From an uncultured Candidatus Saccharibacteria bacterium (GTDB lineage: Bacteria; Patescibacteriota; Minisyncoccia; UBA6257; Colwellbacteraceae), in contig CAYHTW010000001.1 in the NCBI GenBank assembly GCA_964360065.1, forward strand, positions 86,289 to 150,288: DNA of 64,000 nt, given 5' to 3'. The notes beneath the pieces were generated by a model. The model searched no databases. It was not told the DNA's origin and worked only from the letters and a program-made list of their open reading frames with translations. Position numbers and translations under genes: made by a program. Positions within the stretch are counted from its first letter, which is position 1; each line of letters opens with the position of its first letter. Positions 1-12,353 of the stretch are shown here, piece after piece.

Positions 1-737
1 GGCAAAACATCCGCTTCGGACTTTTAGCCATTAAAAATATCGGCTCTCACATTACTGACGTGATAGTAAGCGAAAGAATGAGGGGCGGACCATATGAGGG
101 CTTGGCGGATTTCGTGACCAGAATACACGACAGAGATCTGAATAAAAAATCTATGGAGGCTCTCATTAAAAGCGGGGCTATGGACTCCTTCGGCATTGAG
201 CGGGCCGCGGCGCTAAGCAGCCTCGAAGACATCCTTCGAACTGGTAACGGCATAAAAAAACAAAGCGTTTCAACGCAGACTGGCCTTTTTGGTTCTATGA
301 CCCCGATACAGATAAAATTACGGACAGATGTTCCCCCAGTCTCAAAAGCAGAACGCCTTGGCTGGGAGAAAGAACTCTTAGGACTTTATGTGACCGAGCA
401 TCCGTTGCGGGAATTCTTTGATAAGCTGGCTAAAGACGGCAAAAGAGTTACTCACATCAAAGAGGCTTATAAAATAATTAACGATGGTAAACCCATTTTA
501 ACCTACGGGGTAATCGTCTCTCTAAGCAATAAAGTGACCAAAGACGGCAAACCAATGTGCTTTGCCAAAATAGAGGATCTGACTGATAATATAGAAGTTC
601 TCATTTTTGAAGATATTCTTAAAAAGAATCTTGAAGTTTGGAAAGAAGGCAACGCCATTGCGATAACCGGCCGTATCTCCAGGAGGAACGGAGAACCTAA
701 AATCCTATGCAACGAAGCGAAAAAACTAATTCTTTAG
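1..737 (+). CDS. dnaE: DNA polymerase III alpha subunit, C-terminal fragment (gene starts upstream of window)
   Basis: Frame is open from window edge (QNIRFGLLAIKNIGSHITD... HhH-like region) through an OB-fold C-terminal region typical of DnaE; stop at 737. Confidence 0.8.
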   Translation, partial: QNIRFGLLAIKNIGSHITDVIVSERMRGGPYEGLADFVTRIHDRDLNKKSMEALIKSGAMDSFGIERAAALSSLEDILRTGNGIKKQSVSTQTGLFGSMTPIQIKLRTDVPPVSKAERLGWEKELLGLYVTEHPLREFFDKLAKDGKRVTHIKEAYKIINDGKPILTYGVIVSLSNKVTKDGKPMCFAKIEDLTDNIEVLIFEDILKKNLEVWKEGNAIAITGRISRRNGEPKILCNEAKKLIL

Positions 738-2509
738 ACGCCCAAAGACATTCCCTTGCCCATATTTTAGCGGCGGTGGTTTTGGAAAAGTTTCCTGCCG
801 CCAAATTTGGTATCGGCCCGACTATAGACAATGGCTTCTATTACGATTTCCAGCTTCCTAAAAACCTCGCCCCCGAAGACTTAAAAGACCTAGAGAAAGA
901 GATGAGACGGCTCGTCAGAATGAATCTGACTTTTACCGGTAAAAAAGTTACTCCCGTAGCCGCCAAGAAGGCTTTTTCTAAACAGCCTTTTAAGCTGGAC
1001 CTAATAAAAGAATTTGTTAATCCGCCAGCTGGCGGAAAAAAACAACCACTCACCGTCTATGACACGATTGATAAAAGAACCGGCAAAGTTTATTTCTCCG
1101 ACCTTTGCAAAGGAGGGCATGTCAAAAGTACCTCGGAAATAAACGCTGATGCTTTCAGGCTTACTAAGGTTGCCGGAGCTTATTGGAGAGGAGACGAAAA
1201 AAATCCCCAGCTGCAGAGAATCTACGGCATAGCCTTTCATCAAGAGCAGGAACTTAAAGATTACCAGGAGATGCTCCGCTTAGCTGAAGCAAGCGACCAC
1301 AGAAACCTAGCCGATAAATTGCAGCTGTTTATGGTTGACGAAGGCATTGGGCGAGGCCTCCCTCTTTGGCTGCCCAACGCCTTCACGACCAGGAAGGTTC
1401 TGGAAGACTATATATATGAGCTGGAGAGACGATCCGGCTACAAGCACGTCTTAACTCCACATCTAGCCAAAGAAGATCTCTATAAGACCTCCGGACACTT
1501 AGCTCACTATAAGAACGATATGTATGCTCCGCTTGAGATTGACGGCACTAAATATTATTTGAGGCCGATGAATTGTCCCCACCACCACAGCATCTATAAA
1601 TATTCCAAAAGAAGTTATCGTGAACTGCCTTTGCGTATTGCCGAATTCGGAACGGTATATCGCTACGAAAGAAGCGGCACTTTAAGCGGGCTTGTAAGAG
1701 TCAGGGGGTTTACGCAAAATGACGCGCATATTTATACCGATGAAGAAAGATTGGAGAGCGAGATAGTCGGAGTTTTGAAGCTGCACAAGAAAGTTTATGA
1801 AGATATGGGCATTAGCGACTATTGGTACAGATTGTCACTCCCAGACTTTAAGAACAATAAAGAAAAGTATGGTGACGTAAAAAACAAGGCCATGTGGGAA
1901 AAGGGTTCGGCTGTTTTGAGAAAGGCGCTGAAGGAGACCGGCCACAAATTCGTGGAAGCTCCCGGAGAGGCGACTTTCTACGGACCGAAAATTGATATCC
2001 AAATAAAAGATATTTACGGCAAAGAGGAAAGCATCGCTACAATACAAGTTGATTACTACTCTGCTGGTAAATTTAATCTGAACTACATTAGTAAAGATGG
2101 TAAAGAAAAGTCTGTCATTATTGTTCACCGGGCGATATTCGGATCATTTGATAGGTTCTTCGCTTTCCTTATAGAAAAGACCTCTGGCAACCTCCCGGTC
2201 TGGCTCGCGCCAATACAAGTAAAGATCTTAGCGGTAAGCGATAAACATTCGGAGTACGCTGAAAGTATTAATAAGAAACTAATGGAGGCAGGACTCCGAA
2301 GCGAAGTGGCGCCAAGCGATGAAACTTTGGGCAAGAGAATCCGCCAGGCTGAAATGCAAAGAATTCCCTATATAGCGGTTGTGGGTGATGAAGAAGTAAA
2401 AGCTGGCACAATGAGTATACGAGTACGAGGAGGGGGCACTGGAGGGCAAGTTACGCCAGAGAGCCTCATTGAAACTATCCGCAAGCAATCAGATAAGCTC
2501 TCTTCTTAA
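707..2509 (+). CDS. thrS: Threonyl-tRNA synthetase (no N-terminal TGS domain)
   Basis: HSLAHIL editing-domain motif, RDHRKL-like 'SDHRNLADKLQLF', class II motifs (MNCPHH, FRYERSGT), anticodon-binding C-terminus. Confidence 0.9.
   Translation: MQRSEKTNSLDAQRHSLAHILAAVVLEKFPAAKFGIGPTIDNGFYYDFQLPKNLAPEDLKDLEKEMRRLVRMNLTFTGKKVTPVAAKKAFSKQPFKLDLIKEFVNPPAGGKKQPLTVYDTIDKRTGKVYFSDLCKGGHVKSTSEINADAFRLTKVAGAYWRGDEKNPQLQRIYGIAFHQEQELKDYQEMLRLAEASDHRNLADKLQLFMVDEGIGRGLPLWLPNAFTTRKVLEDYIYELERRSGYKHVLTPHLAKEDLYKTSGHLAHYKNDMYAPLEIDGTKYYLRPMNCPHHHSIYKYSKRSYRELPLRIAEFGTVYRYERSGTLSGLVRVRGFTQNDAHIYTDEERLESEIVGVLKLHKKVYEDMGISDYWYRLSLPDFKNNKEKYGDVKNKAMWEKGSAVLRKALKETGHKFVEAPGEATFYGPKIDIQIKDIYGKEESIATIQVDYYSAGKFNLNYISKDGKEKSVIIVHRAIFGSFDRFFAFLIEKTSGNLPVWLAPIQVKILAVSDKHSEYAESINKKLMEAGLRSEVAPSDETLGKRIRQAEMQRIPYIAVVGDEEVKAGTMSIRVRGGGTGGQVTPESLIETIRKQSDKLSS
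1020..1037. repeat. GC palindrome family copy ATCCGCCAGCTGGCGGAA inside thrS (encodes PPAGG in frame)
   Basis: Exact CCGCCAGCTGGCGG core within coding sequence. Confidence 0.8.
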
Positions 2510-2515
2510 TCATCC

Positions 2516-3430
2516 ATGGAGAAGTTTAAAGTAATAGCCGTGGTAGGGCCGACCTCCAGCGGCAAAAGCGATCTGGCTGTGGAATTAGCCAGGCGTTTTA
2601 ATGGTGAAGTGATCTCGGCTGACTCCAGGCAGGTATATAAGGGTTTAAATATCGGCAGCGGCAAGATCACAATAAGCGAGATGAAAGGCGTGCCTCATTA
2701 TCTGCTAGATGTTTCTTCTCCGAAAGCTCCGCCGGCTGGCGGATTCACCGTATCTAAATACAAAGCATTGGCTGCGAAAGCCATCAATAAAATTATCAAA
2801 AAGCGTAAAGTACCGATTATCTGCGGCGGCACTGGGCTTTACGTTGATACTGTTCTTTATAACTGGCCGATACCAGAGGTTAAAGCTGATACGAAGCTGA
2901 GAGCCAAACTCCATTTGCAGAGCGCCGAGAAATTATTTAAGACATTGCAGAAACTGGATCCGAATAGAGCTAAAAATATTGATAGATTCAATAAGCTAAG
3001 ACTGGTGAGAGCCTTGGAAATAATAAAAACTACGGGCTCTCCTGTCCCCTACTTCCAACTCTTTGATTTAAATGCGTCGCCATACGAGATACTTAAAATA
3101 GGATTAAGGCCTAAAACTAAACTACTTAAAGAGAAAATAAGAAATCGGCTTCTGAAAATGATTAAGGCCGGAATGGTCAGAGAAGTTAGAAATTTAAAAA
3201 AGAATGGAGTGAATTCCAAAAGACTGGAAAGTTTCGGTTTGGAGTACAGATATGTTAATAGATATCTGGAGGGCCGGATTAGTAAAAACGAGATGGTGGA
3301 AGAACTAACAAGCCAGATAAATCATTATGCCAAGCGGCAAATGACCTGGTTCAAGAGAGATAAAAATACTATTTGGTTAGATGCTCCAGGAGCATCTTTT
3401 TCAAAAGTTCGGGATTTCCTCTCCCCTTAA
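2516..3430 (+). CDS. miaA: tRNA dimethylallyltransferase
   Basis: P-loop GPTSSGKS, ISADSRQVYKGLNIGSGK, GGTGLY motifs. Confidence 0.9.
   Translation: MEKFKVIAVVGPTSSGKSDLAVELARRFNGEVISADSRQVYKGLNIGSGKITISEMKGVPHYLLDVSSPKAPPAGGFTVSKYKALAAKAINKIIKKRKVPIICGGTGLYVDTVLYNWPIPEVKADTKLRAKLHLQSAEKLFKTLQKLDPNRAKNIDRFNKLRLVRALEIIKTTGSPVPYFQLFDLNASPYEILKIGLRPKTKLLKEKIRNRLLKMIKAGMVREVRNLKKNGVNSKRLESFGLEYRYVNRYLEGRISKNEMVEELTSQINHYAKRQMTWFKRDKNTIWLDAPGASFSKVRDFLSP
2727..2744. repeat. GC palindrome family copy CTCCGCCGGCTGGCGGAT inside miaA (encodes PPAGG in frame)
   Basis: CCGCCGGCTGGCGG core; the corresponding MiaA region looks about 4 aa longer than E. coli MiaA as I recall it. Confidence 0.8.
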
Positions 3431-4826
3431 GCTCACTCATCGCTTTACCTATTAAGAACTGAAGAGAAACCTCTTTGCCTTTTCTATAGTCCTCTACAGC
3501 CTTGGAATTGGCTTCAATGATCCTAACAATCGTCTCCCGTAGAGTTCCCTCGTCATGAATTTGTGTTAATCCCCTTTTTTCAATGATATCTGATGGGTCA
3601 CCTCCAGTACTAAACATTTCCGCAAGCACTATTTTAGCTGCAGATGAAGAAGTTGACCCTTCAAAGACTATTGTTATAAATTCTGCAAAGTTCCCTGGCT
3701 TAATCATATCCGCTAACGGTCCTCGTTTAGCGTTAGGTTGGGCAAATAAATATTGAATATCACCCATTAAATAATTTGCAGTCATTTTCATCATCCTAAG
3801 ATGTTCATCTCCTTTTTTAGGCAGATTTTTATCTTCAACCAAAATGTCCAATTCAGAAATAGCTTCTTCAAAATATTTAGCAAATTTTCTATCTGAAACT
3901 AAAACTTCTACGTCTTGTGCTGGCAAACCATATTCGGAGACAAACCTCTTCCTTTTCTCGGCTGGCAATTCCGGTATCTCAATCTGAAGATTCTGTATGA
4001 CATCTGCCGGAATCGTGACAGGCGGCAGATCCGGTTCGGGAATATATCTGTAGTCGTGGGCGTTCTCTTTGGTTCTTTGTGAAAAAGTTTCCATCTTAAC
4101 ATCGTCCCACCCTCTGGTTTCTTGTTTAACTTTTTCGCCAGCCTCTAAAACTTTGACCTGCCTAGTCACTTCATAAGCAATGGCGTTTTTGACAGCGCTG
4201 AAGGAATTGATATTTTTAAGTTCCACTTTATCTCCTAGCTTATCGGTTTTAGAAACAGAAATGTTAGGCTCAACTCTCATTTGGCCTTTTTCCATATCGG
4301 CGTCGGAAACTCCCAAGTAACGCAGGATGAGCTGTAACTCTTTGGCGAAAGCAAAGGCTTCGTCAGCCGACTCAATATCCGGGTCAGTGACAAGCTCCAT
4401 TAAAGGAATGCCCGCTCTATTATAATCAACATAAGAAGATTTGCCGTCTTGCCCGTGCAGCAAACGGGCTGTGTCTTCTTCCAAATGAATCCTAGTCAGT
4501 TTAACGCCGTTTAAAGAGCCTCCTACAACCAGTGGTTCGTCGTATTGGGAAATCTGATAACCTTTAGGCAAGTCAGGGTAGAAGTAATTCTTCCTATCAA
4601 ACTTGGAAGGGTTGCCTATCTTGCTTCCTAAAGCCAAACCGACTTTAACGACGGCTTCAACTGCTTTCTTATTAATGGTCGGCAAAACACCCGGATGAGC
4701 CAAGCAGATGGGGCAAATATTCAAATTGGGGATCTTTTCGTCCGGATCGTTCTTGCAGGAACAAAACATCTTAGACTCCGTCTTAAGTTCCGCGTGTATT
4801 TCTAGTCCTATAATAGTTTTATACAT
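3369..4826 (-). CDS. gatB: Asp-tRNA(Asn)/Glu-tRNA(Gln) amidotransferase subunit B
   Basis: N-terminal IGLEIHAEL...KMFCSC motif, full-length GatB-like 485 aa. Confidence 0.9.
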   Translation of the reverse strand: MYKTIIGLEIHAELKTESKMFCSCKNDPDEKIPNLNICPICLAHPGVLPTINKKAVEAVVKVGLALGSKIGNPSKFDRKNYFYPDLPKGYQISQYDEPLVVGGSLNGVKLTRIHLEEDTARLLHGQDGKSSYVDYNRAGIPLMELVTDPDIESADEAFAFAKELQLILRYLGVSDADMEKGQMRVEPNISVSKTDKLGDKVELKNINSFSAVKNAIAYEVTRQVKVLEAGEKVKQETRGWDDVKMETFSQRTKENAHDYRYIPEPDLPPVTIPADVIQNLQIEIPELPAEKRKRFVSEYGLPAQDVEVLVSDRKFAKYFEEAISELDILVEDKNLPKKGDEHLRMMKMTANYLMGDIQYLFAQPNAKRGPLADMIKPGNFAEFITIVFEGSTSSSAAKIVLAEMFSTGGDPSDIIEKRGLTQIHDEGTLRETIVRIIEANSKAVEDYRKGKEVSLQFLIGKAMSELKGRGNPELLKKMLLEHLTK

Positions 4827-4850
4827 TATTACAATTATAAACTTTATTCC

Positions 4851-4882
4851 GGAAACAAAAAACGGGGCTTCCTATCCCCGTT
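4851..4882 (-). terminator. Rho-independent terminator candidate downstream of rplK (GC stem aacgggg/ccccgtt followed by T-run on minus strand)
   Basis: Hairpin AACGGGG-N8-CCCCGTT then TTTTGTTTCC when read on minus strand. Confidence 0.5.
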
Positions 4883-5013
4883 CCTACAATAGGACTTACA
4901 TAAACAGATGCAGTTCTAGGAGCACGAGTAAAATGGAACGAAATGTACTGATATAAGTACATTGAGCGAGATTTTACGCGGTGCGACAACGAAATGCGCT
5001 GTTTGTGTAAGTC

Positions 5014-5439
5014 CTAACTTACATCAATGCCCATACTGCGGGCGGTACCGGCGATAATCTTCTCGGCTGCTGCGGCGTCGTAGGCGTTCAAATCAACCAT
5101 TTTACGCTCAGCAATTTTCTTAACATCAGCTCGACTCACTTTACCTACCTTAGTTTTATTAGGTACGCCTGAGCCTTTCTCCACCCCAGCGGCTTTTCTT
5201 AGTAAATCCGAAGCTGGAGGAGTCTTCAATTTAAAAGTGAAAGACCTGTCCTCAAAGATGGTAATCTCGGCCGGGACGATGTCGTTACCCATTTCTTTAG
5301 TAGCTTCATTAAACTGCCTGCAGAATTCCTGGATATTCACACCCTGGGGGCCTAGGGCTGTACCAATCGGAGGAGCTGGATTAGCTTTGGTGGCCTCAAT
5401 TTGGATCTTTATTATTGTTTTTACTTTCTTAGCTGCCAT
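5014..5439 (-). CDS. rplK: 50S ribosomal protein L11
   Basis: Near-canonical L11 sequence ([28 protein letters not shown]). Confidence 0.95.
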   Translation of the reverse strand: MAAKKVKTIIKIQIEATKANPAPPIGTALGPQGVNIQEFCRQFNEATKEMGNDIVPAEITIFEDRSFTFKLKTPPASDLLRKAAGVEKGSGVPNKTKVGKVSRADVKKIAERKMVDLNAYDAAAAEKIIAGTARSMGIDVS

Positions 5440-5455
5440 AGGACTATTATTATAT

Positions 5456-6010
5456 TTAATTTTTTTTGATTTGCAATGAGTCCAGCTCCACGGCAGTATC
5501 CCGGCCGAAAACCGGCACTAAAACCTTAACTCTGCCTCTCGACTCATCAACTTCTGAAATCTTACCATCATAATCCTTGAATGGCCCGTCAGTTATTCGA
5601 ACCATCTCACCAATTCTGAAATCAACTTTAAATTTAGGCTCATCTCCGCTCATCCTGGCCTTCAAAGATTCTACCTCTTCATAAGACAAAGGCGTGGGGC
5701 TTGTGCTGTCAGATCCCACGAAACCAGTAACACGAGGAGTGTTGCGAACCACGTACCAGGAATCGGGCTCCATAATCATTTCCACTAAAACATAACCAGG
5801 ATAGATTTTCTCTTCTGTGGTAGTTCTCTTACCAGCTTTAATCTTAATACTCTTCTCTTTAGGAACGATGATGTTAAAAATTTTGTCGTTCATCGCCAAT
5901 GACTCAACCCTTTGCTTTAAGTAACGAGAAACGGCGTCTTCGTAACCGGCGTACGTGTGAACCGCGTACCAGCGTCTTAAATCAGTTTTTTCTTCTTTGA
6001 CGGCTTTCAT
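5456..6010 (-). CDS. nusG: Transcription termination/antitermination factor NusG
   Basis: [14 protein letters not shown]-domain start, C-terminal KOW ([22 protein letters not shown]). Confidence 0.9.
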   Translation of the reverse strand: MKAVKEEKTDLRRWYAVHTYAGYEDAVSRYLKQRVESLAMNDKIFNIIVPKEKSIKIKAGKRTTTEEKIYPGYVLVEMIMEPDSWYVVRNTPRVTGFVGSDSTSPTPLSYEEVESLKARMSGDEPKFKVDFRIGEMVRITDGPFKDYDGKISEVDESRGRVKVLVPVFGRDTAVELDSLQIKKN

Positions 6011-6011
6011 A

Positions 6012-6200
6012 TTAAATCTTCAAGACTCTCTCCAGGATAGTAATAAATATATAGTCCAAAGCTCCCAAAAAGGCCGCCACAAAAATGGAAATAGCAATCA
6101 CAACTATAACCATTTTAGTGGCTTCTTTTCTGGTGGGCCAGTTGATACGTTTAAATTCCTCCTGGGACTCGGCTAAAAAGAGCCTGATTCGGGTAAACAT
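6012..6200 (-). CDS. secE: Preprotein translocase subunit SecE
   Basis: 62-aa single-TM protein with INWPTRKE motif, immediately upstream of nusG as in the conserved secE-nusG-rplK cluster. Confidence 0.8.
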   Translation of the reverse strand: MFTRIRLFLAESQEEFKRINWPTRKEATKMVIVVIAISIFVAAFLGALDYIFITILERVLKI

Positions 6201-6227
6201 TATTTATGTAGAATAGTAAAAAATCGC

Positions 6228-8201
6228 CTATAAATCAAGGTTGGCGACTTGATGGCCCTTACTCATGATGAAGTGCTTCCTAGGCATCACTTCCGAACCC
6301 ATCAAAATATCAAAGAGTTTGTCGGCTTCGTGGGCATCTTCTACCGTGATTTGTTTCAGAAGACGGGTAGCCGGATCCATAGTAGTTTCCCAGAGTTGAC
6401 CCGGGTTCATCTCTCCCAAACCCTTGTAACGCTGGATATTAACATTGGCTGCTTTTCCGCCCGAGGCGCCTGCCTGTCCGGTAGGCAGGGATCCGCCTTT
6501 GGCGGAGAATTCTTTGAGGACTACGTCCTTCTCTACATCATCAAAAGCATATTTCACGGTCTTACCGGCGGATAACCTGTAGAGAGGAGGAGTAGCTATA
6601 TAGAGATACCCCGCTTCTATGATTTTAGGGAAATGGCGATAGAAAAGACTTAGCAGCAATGTGCGGATGTGAGCTCCATCAACGTCGGCATCGGTCATAA
6701 TTATAATCTTGTGATAGCGAATTTTAGCAAGATCAAACCCTTCGGCGATAGCTGTACCTAAAGCGATAACCAGGGACCTGATTTCTTTGTTGGCCAAAAT
6801 TTTATCGACCCTCGCTTTTTCCACATTCAAAATCTTGCCTCTTAAAGGCAGAATAGCTTGGAACCTTCTGTCTCTTCCTTGCTTGGCGCTGCCTCCGGCC
6901 GAATCCCCTTCAACTAGGAAGAGCTCCCCTTCTTCGGCTTTTCTGGTTTGGCAGTCGGAAAGTTTTCCAGGTAAAGCCAAACCCTCCAAAATACCTTTCC
7001 TTAAAATAGTTTCCTTGGCGGCTTTAGCGGCAGCGCGTGCTTTAGCGGCCAAAAGAGATTTGCCGACAATGGAACGGGCATCATTAGGGTGAGTTTCTAA
7101 GTATGACTTCAGGGCATCGGCTACTACGGTTTCTACAGCGCTTCTGGCTTCCGTATTACCTAACCTCGCTTTAGTCTGGCCTTCAAACTGCGGGTCGCGG
7201 ATTTTGACTGATATTATAGCGGCCAGGCCCTCTCGCACGTCGTCCCCCGTCAGATTATCTTCTTTTTCTTTAATATAACCTTCTTTCCTGCCATAGTCGT
7301 TTAGAACTCTAGTCAGAGCCGTACGGAAACCGGTTAAGTGCATACCGCCGTCGGTGGTATAAATGTTATTGGCGAAGGACATCTCTTTAATCTCCATGCC
7401 TTCGTTGTAAGAGAAGGCTACTTCCACGCCAACTCCTTCATATTCTTTTTCAACATAGAAAATGTCGTTTTGGATTAGCTTATCTCCACCATCATTCAAG
7501 TAATCCAAGAAGGACTTGATGCCTCCATCAAATTTAAAAGCGTGATAGAAAAGAGCTTCGTCGCGCTCATCTATAAGAACAATACGCACTCCCTTAGTAA
7601 GATAGGCTTGATCTCGGAGATAATCCAAAATCTTTTTTCTCTCAAACTCGGTCTTGGGGAAAATACTTTTATCAGGCAAAAAAGTTACCTTGGTGCCGGT
7701 ACGGTATCCCTTGCCCTCTTCTTTAACTTTTCCCTGGGGGACGCCTCTTTTATATTCTTGGGCATAAAGTTTACCATCACGGGTTACTTCAACCCTAAGC
7801 CAGTCTGACAAGGCATTAACCACTGAAACGCCTACGCCGTGCAAACCTCCAGAAACTTTATAAGCTTCTCCTCCGAATTTTCCTCCGGCATGCAAAACCG
7901 TCATAACAGTTTCCAAAGTAGATTTTTTGGTCTGCTTATGAGCTTCAATCGGTATACCCCTGCCGTTATCCAAAACGCTCAAGAGATTGTCTTTCAGGAT
8001 CCTGACTTCAATGTCATCAGCAAAGCCAGCCGTCGCTTCATCAATGGCGTTATTAACAACTTCCCAAACGAGATGGTGCAAGCCAGCCACATCAGTCGTT
8101 CCAACGTACATACCTGGTCTCTTGCGGACAGGGTCTAAGCCCTCAAGAACTTGAATGTCTGCGGCCGTATATGAGGTTGGTTTTTTGTCTTCTTTAGCCA
8201 T
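6228..8201 (-). CDS. gyrB: DNA gyrase subunit B (type IIA topoisomerase ATPase subunit)
   Basis: GHKL ATPase N-terminus (LEGLDPVRKRPGMYVGTTD), TOPRIM (EGDSAGG), 657 aa; GyrB vs ParE cannot be separated without phylogeny. Confidence 0.85.
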   Translation of the reverse strand: MAKEDKKPTSYTAADIQVLEGLDPVRKRPGMYVGTTDVAGLHHLVWEVVNNAIDEATAGFADDIEVRILKDNLLSVLDNGRGIPIEAHKQTKKSTLETVMTVLHAGGKFGGEAYKVSGGLHGVGVSVVNALSDWLRVEVTRDGKLYAQEYKRGVPQGKVKEEGKGYRTGTKVTFLPDKSIFPKTEFERKKILDYLRDQAYLTKGVRIVLIDERDEALFYHAFKFDGGIKSFLDYLNDGGDKLIQNDIFYVEKEYEGVGVEVAFSYNEGMEIKEMSFANNIYTTDGGMHLTGFRTALTRVLNDYGRKEGYIKEKEDNLTGDDVREGLAAIISVKIRDPQFEGQTKARLGNTEARSAVETVVADALKSYLETHPNDARSIVGKSLLAAKARAAAKAAKETILRKGILEGLALPGKLSDCQTRKAEEGELFLVEGDSAGGSAKQGRDRRFQAILPLRGKILNVEKARVDKILANKEIRSLVIALGTAIAEGFDLAKIRYHKIIIMTDADVDGAHIRTLLLSLFYRHFPKIIEAGYLYIATPPLYRLSAGKTVKYAFDDVEKDVVLKEFSAKGGSLPTGQAGASGGKAANVNIQRYKGLGEMNPGQLWETTMDPATRLLKQITVEDAHEADKLFDILMGSEVMPRKHFIMSKGHQVANLDL

Positions 8202-8424
8202 AATTATAAAATAAAACGCCCAAGTTTTAGGCCATTAAATTATAACTCAAATAGCCCTTGAAAACAAGTGCAAAGAAAGCCAAAAAACTCAGTATTAATG
8301 GGGATTAATTAACTAATAACGGCTTCTAGGGTAGAGACTAAAGAATCTTCGGTTTTTTTCTATTTCTCGATCCACTTCGGCATCCGTTAAAATGCCGGAA
8401 TCAGAGCGAAAAACTATACAGAAA

Positions 8425-9564
8425 TCACCTTAATCGGGCCTTAAATTGAGAGGCTGTTTGCCTGTAAATTTCGTCCTGAATGGCATCAACTTCCTCGCTT
8501 TTAAGAGTTCTATCTGTGCTTCTATATACGATACGATAGGTATAGCTGGATGTATCTGAACCAAATTTTTCTGGATCCTCATACTTATCAATCTGCTCAA
8601 CTTCTTCCACAATATTTCCACCAATATCACGAATAAGATCAAAATAATTATTAGGCACAAAATCATTACTTACGACGAAAGAGATGTCTCGCGTGATCGG
8701 CGGATACTTTGAAACTTCTTTATAAATATTCCCAAGCTTAAGTTGTTTTTTGACGCGCTCGTCTTCGGACCACAGTAATCTGATATCCGGCAATTCCATA
8801 CTAACGATAGCTAGTCTCTCCAACCCGAAGCCAAATGCCCAGCCAGTGTAGTTTGAGGAATCCACACCTAGCTTTTCTAAAACACTCCCTTTTACTACCC
8901 CGCTGCCAAGAACTTCAACCCAACTGCCATTCTTATCTACCTCCATTTCAATACTTGGGTGCGTATAAGGAAAAGTATCTTCGTTGAAGCGATATTTAAC
9001 GTCCCCACCAAACACCGCTTGAGCAATCTTCAGTAAAATATTTTTTAGGTCGTCAACCGTGATGGTCTTTTGGTCTTTAGGGATAAGATAATAACCATCC
9101 ATCTGATGAAACACATTCATGTGATGCCGGTCAATTTCATCCTTGCGGTATACCTTACCGTATGTCAGTACCCCAAGCGGTACGTTTTGCCGTACTTTTT
9201 CCTTAGCATGTTCAGAAATTAGATAGTAGTACCAGGATATTGTAGTGTGAGGGCGTAATATATATTCTTTATCCACGTAATAAGTATCTGAAGTGCTCCT
9301 CGCTGGATGGTCAGCCGGAAAATTAAACAAATCAAAGCTCTGTGCCGCCGGCACGATTTCCGGAACTTGGACAACGTCGAAGCTCTTAAAATCTGGTAGA
9401 TTAATGATTCGCTCGGCCAACTCATAGATTGGACTGCCAGGTGTCCTAGAGAGATCTGGCATTTTCAAAAAACGCTTCATTCGGTCAGCTTCAACGTCGC
9501 TCCTACTCTCTAGTAAAGACGTGATGCTCTTTTGCTCTTTTTCTGAATCTATTTTTATATCCAT
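8425..9564 (-). CDS. pheS: Phenylalanyl-tRNA synthetase alpha subunit
   Basis: Class II core motifs (FPYTHPSIEMEV, GFGLERLAIV). Confidence 0.85.
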   Translation of the reverse strand: MDIKIDSEKEQKSITSLLESRSDVEADRMKRFLKMPDLSRTPGSPIYELAERIINLPDFKSFDVVQVPEIVPAAQSFDLFNFPADHPARSTSDTYYVDKEYILRPHTTISWYYYLISEHAKEKVRQNVPLGVLTYGKVYRKDEIDRHHMNVFHQMDGYYLIPKDQKTITVDDLKNILLKIAQAVFGGDVKYRFNEDTFPYTHPSIEMEVDKNGSWVEVLGSGVVKGSVLEKLGVDSSNYTGWAFGFGLERLAIVSMELPDIRLLWSEDERVKKQLKLGNIYKEVSKYPPITRDISFVVSNDFVPNNYFDLIRDIGGNIVEEVEQIDKYEDPEKFGSDTSSYTYRIVYRSTDRTLKSEEVDAIQDEIYRQTASQFKARLR

Positions 9565-9634
9565 GACTTCAATGATAATGGTTTAAATTAGCTTTGACAA
9601 ATCACGTTTTAAGACCTAATATGGGCAATACTAT

Positions 9635-9705
9635 AGCGGGTTGGAGGAACGGTACCTCGAAAGCCTCATAAGCTTTAGGAGCGGGTTCAATTCCCGCACC
9701 CGCAA
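9635..9705 (+). tRNA. tRNA-Met/Ile2 (anticodon CAU), 71 nt, CCA not encoded
   Basis: Manual cloverleaf: acceptor AGCGGGT/ACCCGCA (A1·A72 mismatch), D stem GAGG/CCTC, anticodon arm AAAGC-CTCATAA-GCTTT, T arm GCGGG-TTCAATT-CCCGC. Confidence 0.75.
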
Positions 9706-9759
9706 CATATATTCGCTAGAATTATCTTCATCTAAGCCCGCTGCGCTCGTCCGGCGACT

Positions 9760-9777
9760 CTCCGCCAGCTGGCGGAT
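9760..9777. repeat. GC palindrome family copy: CTCCGCCAGCTGGCGGAT (intergenic)
   Basis: Exact 14-bp palindrome CCGCCAGCTGGCGG with conserved flanks; same motif at 1020, 2727, 31624, 53659. Confidence 0.8.
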
Positions 9778-9783
9778 TAGTCC

Positions 9784-9826
9784 TCGTTGCGAACCGTTCG
9801 TAGCTACGAACGGGCCATGCTTCGCA
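9784..9826. repeat. Nested perfect palindromes GTTGCGAA-[CCGTTCGTAG|CTACGAACGG]-..-TTCGCAAC
   Basis: 20-bp perfect palindrome inside an 8-bp inverted repeat; likely bidirectional terminator or structured RNA downstream of ligA and tRNA-Met. Confidence 0.5.
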
Positions 9827-9918
9827 ACTGCGGAGGCTTTAGAAAAGATAATTCTCGCTCACTTACCTAACTACTCCGTGGGTTTCGAATAAAAAGAAAT
9901 ATTCCTCACTAACCTAAA

Positions 9919-12345
<2,427 letters not shown>

Positions 12346-12353
<8 letters not shown>

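Noticed and set aside
4827-5013. Expected rplA/L11 leader after rplK
   Set aside because: rplK is followed by a terminator-like hairpin and then gatB; rplA is simply not in this locus.
6483-6495. CCGCCTTTGGCGG in gyrB as a further palindrome-family member
   Set aside because: Only a 3-nt spacer and no conserved flanks; could be chance and is listed only as a weak relative.
9565-9918. tmRNA (ssrA) suspected because GCGGGTTCAATTCCCGCACCCGC resembles the E. coli tmRNA 3' T-arm/acceptor
   Set aside because: The complementary 5' acceptor strand lies only about 60 nt upstream and the intervening sequence folds into a complete tRNA cloverleaf with a CAU anticodon. No tag-peptide ORF or pseudoknot region is present.
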